Source of the DNA: an uncultured Erysipelotrichaceae bacterium
Lineage (GTDB): Bacteria; Bacillota_I; Bacilli_A; RF39; UBA660
Direction of reading: 5' to 3'
Length of the DNA: 64,000 nt
Assembly: GCA_902795215.1 (NCBI GenBank)
Contig: CADBKG010000004.1
Coordinates: 17,259-81,258, forward strand
Positions 49,337 through 58,521 of this stretch are shown one piece after another. Under the pieces are notes generated by a model. That model saw only the letters and a list, made by a program, of their open reading frames with translations, was not told the DNA's origin and searched no databases. The first letter of the stretch is position 1. Each line of letters opens with the position of its first letter. The translations under genes and the position numbers were made by a program.

Positions 49337-49780
49337 ATGGATACTATGGAAGAATTTATAAATCCAATTATACCAATATCGGTATTAAGTGATAGTAGAA
49401 TATCATCTTTAGAAAAGTTATTATTACTACACATAATTTCTTTGTGTAAGAATAAAGGATATTGTTGGGCTACAAATAGTTATTTTATGAATATTCATGG
49501 ATATAGTAAACAAACAATATCTAAAAGTAATTCTAAACGTACAATTACACTTGACCATGTATTAAAGAATAAGATACAGGGTATTAAAGAAAACTTTAAT
49601 TCTAGTATTCAATCAAACTTTAAACAATATAAAAAAAGTAATATAAATAAAATATATTACAAGGATGAGTTGGGTAATGAATATTGGAATGGACAACTAA
49701 TTAAAAGTGAAACACCAACTGAAGAAGAACTTGAAGAACTGAATAAATTATTAGAAGAATTTAAAAAAGAGGAGGAATAA
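49337..49780 (+). CDS. HTH-domain protein (phage/plasmid replication-type HTH), possibly truncated
   Basis: LEKLLLLHIISLCKNKGYCWATNSYFMNIHGYSKQTISKS resembles HTH_36-type N-termini; the remainder is atypically short. Confidence 0.4.
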   Translation: MDTMEEFINPIIPISVLSDSRISSLEKLLLLHIISLCKNKGYCWATNSYFMNIHGYSKQTISKSNSKRTITLDHVLKNKIQGIKENFNSSIQSNFKQYKKSNINKIYYKDELGNEYWNGQLIKSETPTEEELEELNKLLEEFKKEEE

Positions 49781-49826
49781 AAATATTATGGGAAAAATTA
49801 TCATAGAATTTTTTAAGAGGTGAAAA

Positions 49827-49922
49827 ATGTTTAATATTAAAGAAACCTTTAAAAAAGATGATAATTCTACTATTAATGATTTGATAATTGGATATATAAA
49901 ATGTGTTTTAATAAAATCGTAG
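49827..49922 (+). CDS. Small ORF upstream of recombinase A (shortened homologue of 58605-58784)
   Basis: RBS AAGAGGTG; 31 aa; FKKDDNSTINDLIIGYIK aligns with FKDASISLNEIITEVLK of the element B ORF. Confidence 0.35.
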   Translation: MFNIKETFKKDDNSTINDLIIGYIKCVLIKS

Positions 49923-49997
49923 ATTTGTTATATGTCTATTTTAATGGTAGACTCAAGTCAGGCTTTAAATGTTATACAAAAGAAAGGAGTAGAAGCT

Positions 49998-51584
49998 GTG
50001 TATAACACTATACTAGAGCACCCTAGTTACTATAGAGTAGGATTATATATAAGATTATCTGAAGCAGATTCTGATAAAAGTTATGAATCAGAAAGTGAAA
50101 GTATTATTAATCAAAGAAATTTATTAATGAGTTTTGTAAAACAAAATGAATTTACCTTTGTCGATGAATATATTGATGATGGATTTACTGGTACTAATTT
50201 TGATAGACCTGGATTTAAAAGGTTACTTGAAGATATTGAAAATGGTAGAATAAACTGTGTTATAACAAAAGATTTATCTAGACTTGGTAGAAATTATGTT
50301 ACTTGTGGTTATTATGTAGATGAGTATTTTCTTTTAAAAAAAGTTAGATATATTGCTGTACTTGATCAAGTAGATACTTTTTTAAATAATGTTGGTAATG
50401 AAATGATACCTTTTAAATCAGTATTTAATGATATGACAAGTAGAGATAATTCTAAAAAGATACGTTCTATTTTAAGAAATAAGAAAGAAGATGGAAAATT
50501 TATTGGAAGTGAGCCTAGCTTTGGCTATATGAGAGATCCAGAAGATAAAGGGCATTTATTACCTAATCCTGATACTGCCTTTATTGTTAAAAAGATATTT
50601 GAAATGGCAAATAATGGTGTAAGTGTAAGTGATATTGCAAGTTATCTTAATGATTGTAAATATCCAACACCAAGTTTATACAAAAAGAAAGAAGGCTCAA
50701 AACAAAAATTCAATCCTATATGGACTGTTTCATCAGTAAAGAAAATACTAAAAAATCAAATGTATACAGGTGATATGGTACAAAATGTACAAACTAAATT
50801 ATCATATAAATCTCAAAAAAAAGTTGCTCTTAATAAAGAAGCATGGATAATTGTAGAGAATACTCATGAACCATTAGTTAGTAAAGAAGTTTTTAATAAA
50901 GTTCAAAGTAATGTTAAAAGAAAGCAGAAAACACAAACTGATAGAGAAAAAAGATTATTTGAAAATCTTATTTATTGTCAGGAATGTGGCAATACTTTAA
51001 CGGTTACTTACCGAAAAAATCATGATTATTGGACTGTTAATTGTAATAAATATTCAAGAGATCCTAGAAGACATTTATGTTATCCACATTTTATGCCTTA
51101 TGATAAATTAGAAGAAGCATTACTAGGTACTATTAAAAACACTTGTAAGAAATATCTAGATGAGATTGATGTTAAATCATTAGCACGACTTATAAATGAT
51201 AAAAATACTTCTAAAGAAAGTACAACGGAAGAAATTAATTTTTTGAATAAAAAAATTAAAGAATACAATGCTAAAATTGATATGCTATATGATGATAAAT
51301 TTAAAGGTAATATTTCAGAGGATACTTATAAAAGATTATCAAGAGAAACAGAAATATTACTAAATCAATCTAAATCTAGAATAGAAGAATTACAAGCAGT
51401 AGATATAAAGAAAAAAGAGTCTACAAAAGAAATGAAAAACTATGAAGATAAAATTAAGAAATTAATAAATCTAGATAATCCAAGTAGAGAATTATTACAA
51501 TCTATTATTGATAAAATTGTAATTGATAAAGATAGAAACATCGAAATATTTTATAAATTCAGTTTATTGAATGATATTGATTAA
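49998..51584 (+). CDS. Large serine recombinase (TnpX/SpoIVCA family) of element A
   Basis: Resolvase domain VGLYIRLSEADSD...YIDDGFTGTNFDRPGF...DLSRLGRNY, recombinase domain, zinc ribbon CQECGN...CNKY, coiled coil. The GTG at 49998 follows AAAGGAG; the ORF stays open back to 49932. Confidence 0.9.
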   Translation: MYNTILEHPSYYRVGLYIRLSEADSDKSYESESESIINQRNLLMSFVKQNEFTFVDEYIDDGFTGTNFDRPGFKRLLEDIENGRINCVITKDLSRLGRNYVTCGYYVDEYFLLKKVRYIAVLDQVDTFLNNVGNEMIPFKSVFNDMTSRDNSKKIRSILRNKKEDGKFIGSEPSFGYMRDPEDKGHLLPNPDTAFIVKKIFEMANNGVSVSDIASYLNDCKYPTPSLYKKKEGSKQKFNPIWTVSSVKKILKNQMYTGDMVQNVQTKLSYKSQKKVALNKEAWIIVENTHEPLVSKEVFNKVQSNVKRKQKTQTDREKRLFENLIYCQECGNTLTVTYRKNHDYWTVNCNKYSRDPRRHLCYPHFMPYDKLEEALLGTIKNTCKKYLDEIDVKSLARLINDKNTSKESTTEEINFLNKKIKEYNAKIDMLYDDKFKGNISEDTYKRLSRETEILLNQSKSRIEELQAVDIKKKESTKEMKNYEDKIKKLINLDNPSRELLQSIIDKIVIDKDRNIEIFYKFSLLNDID

Positions 51585-51586
51585 TT

Positions 51587-51948
51587 GAAGTTAGTTTATT
51601 TCTAACTTCGTACATATAGAGGCGAAAATACAAAGAAATTATGTGTAAAACTATTGAATATAAATGTTATAACAAACTTGTGACCAAATTGGGTAAAAGT
51701 TACTAATATGAATGATTAATTAACTTCGGCCCAAGTTGGCCAAAGTTAGTGCAATATCTTCTAACTTCCCACAAACTTGGATGGAAGTGGGATAATTAAA
51801 CTTACGACCAAGTTAGTCGAAGATTATATAGTAACTTCTGACCAAATTGAACAGAAGTTGCAATGTTAAATTTGAAGGAATAATAATTATTGTTTTGATT
51901 CTATTAATATTTAAAAAAAATAACTTTGTCGCAAGTGGCGACGAAGTT
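51587..51948. repeat. Array of seven imperfect palindromic units built on AACTT/AAGTT
   Basis: Units at 51587-51609, 51675-51701, 51722-51747, 51763-51791, 51798-51822, 51833-51859 and 51922-51948. Outer arms AACTT...AAGTT are conserved; inner arms vary but remain largely complementary. Confidence 0.7.
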
Positions 51949-52094
51949 AAAAAAAATTTAAATAATATATTTTAATTTTTAGTACATTATAATAAAGGCG
52001 TAATAATTCTTAAAATTAAAAAGCTATTACGGTTAATCGTAATAACTTTACAAAAGTGTAAAAATGATATATAATGTAATCAGAGGTGATTTAT

Positions 52095-53300
52095 ATGCTT
52101 TTAAGAGAAGATTATTTATCTAAAATTAGAGGGTTTTATGATTCTGATTTGATTAAAATATTAGTTGGTATAAGAAGATGTGGAAAATCTGTTATTCTAA
52201 ATCAAATAATAGAAGAATTAAAAGAAAAAACAAAAATTGATGAAGAACATATAATATTTATTAATTTTGAATTTATTGAATTTGAAGAACTACTAGATTA
52301 TAAAAAACTAAATAAATATATAAAGGATAAAATTAAAGATAATAAAATATATTATTTGTTTTTAGATGAAATTCAGAATGTTGATAATTTTGAAAAAGTT
52401 GTTAATTCACTACGTGCGCAGGTAAAAAATATAAGTATATTTTTAACTGGATCTAATAGTAAAATGTTATCAGATGAATTATCATCAGTTTTATCCGGTA
52501 GATATGTTTTATTTAATATTAATCCTTTATCTTATAAAGAATATGTATCTTTAACAAATAAAGATGGTAAAGACTTAAATACTTTTTGGGACTATGCTAA
52601 ATGGGGAGGACTCCCTAATAGATGTGAATTTACAAATGAGATAGATATAAAGAATTATCTTCATAGTGTATATGATTCTATTATTTTAAGAGATGTTGTA
52701 AAAAGATTAAATTTAAAAGATACAGTTTTATTTGATATGATATTGCAATATTTAATTGAAACTGCTGGACGTGAATTTTCTGCTGATAATATTATAAAAT
52801 ATTTAGATAAAGAAAATAAAAAAATATCTAATGAAACACTTTATAATTATATAGATGCTTTATGTAAGGCATTAATACTTAAAAAGGTATATAGATATGA
52901 TATTGCTGGTAAAGGTGTATTAAAAACATTAAATAAGTATTATGCTACTGATTTAGGAATTGCTCAGATAAAAAATAATAATTCAGAATTTAAAAGTTAC
53001 GTTGTATTGGAAAATATTGTTTATAATGAGTTAATAAACAGAAACTACGAAGTATATATTGGTAAAACTAAAAATGGTGAAGTTGACTTTTTAGCAAAGA
53101 AAGATGGAAATATTAAATATATCCAAGTAACTTATGAAATGGAAGGCAACGATAATACCATAGAAAGAGAATTTGGAGCATATAAGTCTATTGAAGATAA
53201 TTATCCAAAATATGTTATTTCTCTTGATAAAATAGATTTATCTCGTGATGGAATTATTCATCTAAATTTAATTGATTTTCTATTAAGTGAAGAGTTTTAA
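52095..53300 (+). CDS. AAA-type ATPase with a DUF4143-like C-terminal domain
   Basis: Walker A GIRRCGKS, Walker B YLFLDEIQNV, typical ~400-aa AAA_14/DUF4143 layout. Confidence 0.65.
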   Translation: MLLREDYLSKIRGFYDSDLIKILVGIRRCGKSVILNQIIEELKEKTKIDEEHIIFINFEFIEFEELLDYKKLNKYIKDKIKDNKIYYLFLDEIQNVDNFEKVVNSLRAQVKNISIFLTGSNSKMLSDELSSVLSGRYVLFNINPLSYKEYVSLTNKDGKDLNTFWDYAKWGGLPNRCEFTNEIDIKNYLHSVYDSIILRDVVKRLNLKDTVLFDMILQYLIETAGREFSADNIIKYLDKENKKISNETLYNYIDALCKALILKKVYRYDIAGKGVLKTLNKYYATDLGIAQIKNNNSEFKSYVVLENIVYNELINRNYEVYIGKTKNGEVDFLAKKDGNIKYIQVTYEMEGNDNTIEREFGAYKSIEDNYPKYVISLDKIDLSRDGIIHLNLIDFLLSEEF

Positions 53301-53317
53301 ATTGGGAAAATTATATG

Positions 53318-53357
53318 CTGCAGAGAATTCTGCAGAGCTCTGCAGTAATCACTGCAG
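53318..53357. repeat. Four phased CTGCAG(A) motifs in the intergenic region
   Basis: CTGCAG at 53318, 53330, 53340 and 53352 (spacing 12, 10, 12 nt); includes the perfect 16-nt palindrome CTGCAGAGCTCTGCAG. Confidence 0.7.
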
Positions 53358-53379
53358 ACTTAAACAGTAGGTGTGGTTT

Positions 53380-54405
53380 ATGGATAAAAAAGTAAGTAGA
53401 AACAATCATTATTTATCGCAAATGTATTTAGATGCATGGAAAAATAATGATAATAAAGTTTTAGTATATGAATTATTAGTTCCAAATGAAAAATGTCCCA
53501 TGTGGAAATCTAAATCAATAAAAAGCGTTGGAAGTTATGATAGTATGTTTGTTAGATTAAAAAACGGAATTGAAGTAGATGATATTGAAGAGTGGTTTAG
53601 AGATAGATATGAAACTCCAGCAAAAAAATCATTAGAACATGCTATAAATGATGGAAAAATAACTGTTGATGAATGGCATTGTTTAATTGATTTTGTTGCT
53701 TGTCATATTGTTCGTTCTCCTGCTTTTTTAATTAAAACTTTGGATTATGGTAAAAAATGTGAACCAATTTTTCAAGAAGTATTGAGTGAAATATCAAATA
53801 TGAAAGAAGAAGATTTTATTAAAACAAAAGAACGTTCTAATTATTCTAATAATAAAGATGAGTTATTTCCGTTTAAAATGACGAAAATCGGAGAAGAAGG
53901 CAATAATGTAATTTTTAAGGCAGAAACAATTATAGGAAAACAATTTTATTTATGGAACATGAAGAATCTATTAGAAAACACTTCTAAAATATTGCATAAG
54001 CATAAATGGGGAATTATTACAGTAGATGATAAAGTGGTATTACCTACAAGTGATGATCCTGTAATTTGTTTAAACTATAATAATCAAAATGAGTATGATT
54101 TTGACGGAGGCTGGGGTAAGAAAAACTGTAATATATTATTTCCAATATCACCAAAGAAAATATTATATACTCAGGTAGGATTAAAAGTAAAACCAAGAAT
54201 GAACATAGACTACGAAACAAGTTTATTATTTAAGAAAATGATAGTCGAGCATTCTCATAGAAAAGTTATTTCAACCTATGCTGATAAAGATGCTGTTATA
54301 ATTAAACCAAGATATGTAAATGAAAGTGAATATCAAAGAGAAAAGAAAATGTGGGAAGATTTTCAAAAAGACTATTTAGAAAAAGAAATAGATTATATAA
54401 GATAA
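53380..54405 (+). CDS. DUF4238-like protein
   Basis: N-terminal NNHYLSQMYLDAW resembles the DUF4238 signature (NHY.P..YL..F); the family call is tentative. Confidence 0.45.
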   Translation: MDKKVSRNNHYLSQMYLDAWKNNDNKVLVYELLVPNEKCPMWKSKSIKSVGSYDSMFVRLKNGIEVDDIEEWFRDRYETPAKKSLEHAINDGKITVDEWHCLIDFVACHIVRSPAFLIKTLDYGKKCEPIFQEVLSEISNMKEEDFIKTKERSNYSNNKDELFPFKMTKIGEEGNNVIFKAETIIGKQFYLWNMKNLLENTSKILHKHKWGIITVDDKVVLPTSDDPVICLNYNNQNEYDFDGGWGKKNCNILFPISPKKILYTQVGLKVKPRMNIDYETSLLFKKMIVEHSHRKVISTYADKDAVIIKPRYVNESEYQREKKMWEDFQKDYLEKEIDYIR

Positions 54406-54500
54406 AATTGTTAATTACTAAAAGTCGAAACCGTGACAATTTTTCACACTTTCAAGACTAAAAATAAAATAGTTACATTTTGACCTATGCGAGGAGGCGA

Positions 54501-54833
54501 AGGCGCAGAAGTAATATATGCTTTAAGAAACAACGACACACTTGCAAGTAAGATTCTTAATAATCTTGTAAACGAAGGCCAAATAGGAAGAAAGTATTAT
54601 CAAAAAAGATTACCAAGCAATTCTAGTAAAGATTATTATTATATGTTAAGGGAAACACCAAACACAGAAAGTTTAATTATTGAATATGGTTTTATAGATA
54701 ATGCAAATGATGCAAAAAAACTTACAAACAACTGGCAAAACTATGCTGAAGCTGTAATTAAAGCAGTTATGGATTATAAAGGATTAAAATATGTTCCAAT
54801 TATAACTGCAGATAGTTATATTGTTAAATCAGG
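54501..54833 (+). pseudogene. Amidase_3 C-terminal half plus the start of LysM-1, fragment 2 of 3
   Basis: EGAEVIYALRNND...LIIEYGFIDNANDAKKL...YIVKSG continues fragment 1 in frame. The annotated ORF 54487-54867 begins and ends in element sequence. Confidence 0.85.
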
Positions 54834-54895
54834 AGATACGATTTTTATGGGGAATAATGAGTATTAAATTAAATTTTATATATAAAATATTGCTT

Positions 54896-54920
54896 AAGTT
54901 GAGAAAAACTCAACTTTTTT
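54896..54920 (+). terminator. Terminator just inside the left end of element B
   Basis: AAGTTGAG-aaaaa-CTCAACTT hairpin plus a T-run, followed by the extended -10 TGGTATAAT (54921-54929). Confidence 0.65.
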
Positions 54921-54968
54921 TGGTATAATTTAATTATCAAGAACTTTTTTGAAAGGAGTACACTTTTT

Positions 54969-55373
54969 ATGAAAGTAAAATTAACTGAAGTAATTGATGC
55001 ATTAGATTTTACAAATGATGAAATTGAATATTATTATAATCCAGATAATGGAGAAATTTTTATGTCAAATATTGGAGATTATGAAGACATAAATGAAGAT
55101 GAATTAGACGAATTATTTGAAAAGTCTATTATGTTACCTACTAGATATGATATTAACGAATATGAAATGATGGAAGATTTTGCAGAAACTATTGAAGATG
55201 CTAGACTTCAAAATCAACTATATATTTCTTTAAATGGTAGTGGTGCATTTAGAAGATTTAAAGATACTTGCATTAATTTTAATATTATTGATGATTGGTA
55301 TAAATTTAGAGATGAAAAATATAAAGAACTTGCTATAAATTGGTGTAAGGATAATAATATTGAATTTGAATAG
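54969..55373 (+). CDS. UPF0158-like small acidic protein
   Basis: 134 aa; the pattern MKVKLTEVIDALDF...YYYNPDNGEIF...GSGAFRRFKD is typical of UPF0158. Confidence 0.5.
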   Translation: MKVKLTEVIDALDFTNDEIEYYYNPDNGEIFMSNIGDYEDINEDELDELFEKSIMLPTRYDINEYEMMEDFAETIEDARLQNQLYISLNGSGAFRRFKDTCINFNIIDDWYKFRDEKYKELAINWCKDNNIEFE

Positions 55374-55383
55374 GAGATGAATC

Positions 55384-56940
55384 ATGAAGAAGTTTTTAAG
55401 AAATTATGATTTTGAAGATTATTTTGAATCACATATTCTATCCCGTGGGAAAAATTACTATAAAGAAAATAGAATATTAGATATTTGGTGTCAAGATGAT
55501 TCAATAATTGCTTATATTGATGGTTCTGAAATATATAGAATAGAATTAAGAGCAGATAATAAAGAACTAAAAAAATTTTATTGTTCATGCCCATACTCAG
55601 AAGATGGTGAATACATGTGTAAACACATTGCTGCTGTCCTTTATTATTTAGAAGAAAATGATATTCCAGAATTAGAAACTTCAAATAAAAAAGAAATAAA
55701 ACAAGATAAGCATAAATCTGAACTTTCTAAAATATATGATGAAATGAATTATGAGTTAAGAAAAATAAGTGATAGAAATGGTTTTGTTAATTATTATAAT
55801 GGAAGATACTTTGTAGACTTAATTTCTAATGTATCTGATTACATAGATGATTTTATAGATAATGAAGAATATAATAATGCTTTTGAACTAATTAAATTTA
55901 CATATAAATTTATAAAGGATACTTTTATGGATGGATCTAATGGTGAATTTCAAGATTCATTATATTTAATTAACGAAAGTGCAAGTAACCTTTTATATAA
56001 TGATGAATATTTTTATATTTTCTTAGATTATACTGAAGATATAACATCAAATAATACTCTAGATGATTTTTCTGATTCACCATTACATGCATTTATCATT
56101 TATGTTCATGATAAAGAATCTGCTAAAAAAGTAGTTAAAATACTAGATGAAATTGAATTAAGTACTTATGGAATATTCGTTAGCCAAACTTTAGATAAAA
56201 TATCATTAACTTATGATTTTATTGATAGAGATGAAGCTATAAAAATGTGTTATAAAAGTATTGAACATTATGGAGTAAAAGAATTATTAATTAAGTATTT
56301 AAAAAATGATAACAAAATCGATGAAGTTATCCTTTTATTAAAAGATGATATTAAAAATCATGTAAGAAAAGATATGTCTTATGACAAATTATTAGATATT
56401 TATGATGAGTATAATAAACTAGATGAAAAGAAAAAATTATTACCTGAGGTTATTATAGAAACAAATAGTTTTGCAAGATACAAAGAACTAAAAGATATGT
56501 ATAGTGATTCTGAATGGGAGGCTATAAAAGAAAAAATAATATCTAAAATAAAACCTAACAATAGAGATATTTTAGAAGATATTTATATGGAAGAAAATGA
56601 AATTGATAAATTATTCCAATTATTAAAGAAAAATCCTAGTATGTATAGATTAGCAAAATATCAAGATGTACTAAAAGATAAATATAGTAAGGAATTATTA
56701 AATTTTTATAAACCACAGATACTTGAAGAATCTAAAAGAGTATCAGATAGAAAATGGTATCAAGAATTATGTCATTATATTAGAAAAATGAAAGAACTCT
56801 ATAATTCAGATGATTTTATCTTTGATATGCTTAAAGAAATGTATCCTAATTATAGAAGTAAAAGAGCATTTAAAGAAGAAATAATGAAAGTTTTAAGTTC
56901 TAAAAATAAACAAAGATTTTATGAATTGATAAATAACTAG
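55384..56940 (+). CDS. SWIM zinc-finger protein
   Basis: CSCPYSEDGEYMCKHIAAVLYYL is a CxC...CxH SWIM motif; long helical C-terminal region. Confidence 0.7.
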   Translation: MKKFLRNYDFEDYFESHILSRGKNYYKENRILDIWCQDDSIIAYIDGSEIYRIELRADNKELKKFYCSCPYSEDGEYMCKHIAAVLYYLEENDIPELETSNKKEIKQDKHKSELSKIYDEMNYELRKISDRNGFVNYYNGRYFVDLISNVSDYIDDFIDNEEYNNAFELIKFTYKFIKDTFMDGSNGEFQDSLYLINESASNLLYNDEYFYIFLDYTEDITSNNTLDDFSDSPLHAFIIYVHDKESAKKVVKILDEIELSTYGIFVSQTLDKISLTYDFIDRDEAIKMCYKSIEHYGVKELLIKYLKNDNKIDEVILLLKDDIKNHVRKDMSYDKLLDIYDEYNKLDEKKKLLPEVIIETNSFARYKELKDMYSDSEWEAIKEKIISKIKPNNRDILEDIYMEENEIDKLFQLLKKNPSMYRLAKYQDVLKDKYSKELLNFYKPQILEESKRVSDRKWYQELCHYIRKMKELYNSDDFIFDMLKEMYPNYRSKRAFKEEIMKVLSSKNKQRFYELINN

Positions 56941-56955
56941 AAAGATGGTGATAAG

Positions 56956-57901
56956 ATGAAAAACAACATGATTATATATGTATCAAAAGATGGTAATGTA
57001 AAAGTTGATGTTAATATACAAAATGAGGATATTTACATGAGTCAAGATTTAATGGCTAATCTTTATGATACAACTAAAAATAACATTTCAATGCACTTAA
57101 AAAACATATTTGATGAAGGTGAATTGGAAAAAAATTCAGTTGTTAAGAAATTCTTAACAACTGCTAGTGATGGCAAGAAATATAATGTTTTACATTATAA
57201 TTTAGATGCAATTATTGCTGTTGGATATAGAATTAATTCCAAAAAAGCAACTGAATTTAGAATATGGGCGACCAAAGTTTTAAAAGAATATATGGTTAAA
57301 GGATTTGCTTTAAATGATGAAAGATTAAAGAATAATGGTGAAAGTCCATATTTTGAAGAATTACTTGCAAGAATTCGTGATATTAGATCATCTGAAAAAA
57401 TATTTTGGAGAAAAGTATTAGATATTTATGCAACTTCAATTGATTATGATGACTGTGCAGAATAAAATGCACTATGCTACACACGGACATACTGCTGCTG
57501 AAATTATATTTACTAGAGTAGATTCTGAAAAAGATTATTTAGGTCTTACTAATTTTAAAGGTAATTATCCAACAAAGAGTGAAACTGAAATTGCTAAGAA
57601 TTATTTAACAGAAGAAGAACTTAATATATTAAATAGAATGGTATCAGCGTATTTAGATGTAGCAGAAATTAATGCTTTAGATAGACATCCAATGACTATG
57701 CAAGATTGGGTTAATGAATTAGATTCATTCTTAAAAATGACGAGAAAAGATATTTTAAATGGTTCAGGAACCATTTCACATAAAGAGGCATTAGAAAAAG
57801 CACATAAAGAATATGATAAATACATGCAAAAACATTTAACAACTGCTGAGCAAGATTATTTAGAAATGTTAAATAAAGAGATTGAAGAAATTGATAAATA
57901 A
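56956..57901 (+). pseudogene. RhuM-family protein, disrupted (two overlapping frames)
   Basis: 56956-57465 carries the RhuM N-terminus (HLKNIFDEGELEKNSVVKKF...YNLDAIIAVGYRINSKKATEFRIWATKVLKEY). The continuation (TVQNKMHYATHGHTAAE...) lies in another frame from about 57450. Confidence 0.65.
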
Positions 57902-57975
57902 TTTAGTATGTTTTTTGTTAATAAATTCACTTAAAAATAATTACTATGAAAAAAAGATTTGAAAGGAGTAAAAAA

Positions 57976-58224
57976 ATGAAAAAATGGAAAACAGTAAAAA
58001 AAATTACTGTAGTTGTTTTAATACTTTTTATAATAAGATTGATTATTGATGCTATTTTATGCATGAATATGACTTATCCTCATCCTATGTTAGGTATAGA
58101 TGCAAATAAGTGGACAGATCAGTTCGGTGTAGATTTAGCATTTATTCTAGTTATTTGGGGTATACCTTTAATAATTGATATTATTTTTTTAGTAATATCA
58201 TGTGTTAAAACAAAGGAAAAGTAA
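57976..58224 (+). CDS. Small membrane protein
   Basis: RBS AAAGGAG then ATG at 57976; two hydrophobic segments. Confidence 0.45.
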   Translation: MKKWKTVKKITVVVLILFIIRLIIDAILCMNMTYPHPMLGIDANKWTDQFGVDLAFILVIWGIPLIIDIIFLVISCVKTKEK

Positions 58225-58319
58225 AAAGACTATTTATAAATTTAAAATCATCCTTTATATAAACCTACAAAGTAGGTTGAATTTCGTAAGTACGAAATAA
58301 GAATGGTGTATACACAAGT

Positions 58320-58339
58320 CCTTATTTTATAAGGAAAAA
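58320..58339 (+). repeat. Third copy of the CCTTATTTTATAAGGAAAAA core
   Basis: 20/20 identical to 38158-38177 and 16/16 to 29297-29312; the flanks are also loosely similar to the 38.15 kb copy. Confidence 0.6.
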
Positions 58340-58521
58340 CGCGTGTTGTTACACGATCTTCTTATCCTGCTGTTTCATATTTTAATAAGATATGAATCAT
58401 TTTAGGAAGATAGATAAAACTTGCCATAGTAAATGACTTGACTCTTATATTTAACGAGAGGTATCATCCAATTAATGAGGAGATGATGTTTATGAATTTG
58501 GAGGAGGATTATGATATTAAG

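Larger units (their letters stand above)
40755..54500 (+). mobile_element. Intervening element A (~13.7 kb), Tn4451-like large-serine-recombinase element inserted in the amidase gene
   Basis: The 8-bp core GGAGGCGA lies at both junctions (40747-40754 and 54493-54500). Inverted arms GTTACATTTTGACC (54472-54485) and GGTCAAAGTGTAAC (40756-40769) are present. The element carries a tnpV-like gene and a TnpX-like recombinase. Confidence 0.8.

Noticed and set aside
51587-51948. CRISPR array interpretation of the repeat region
   Set aside because: The units are individually palindromic and variable in length and sequence. They are not separated by uniform spacers, and no cas genes are in the window.
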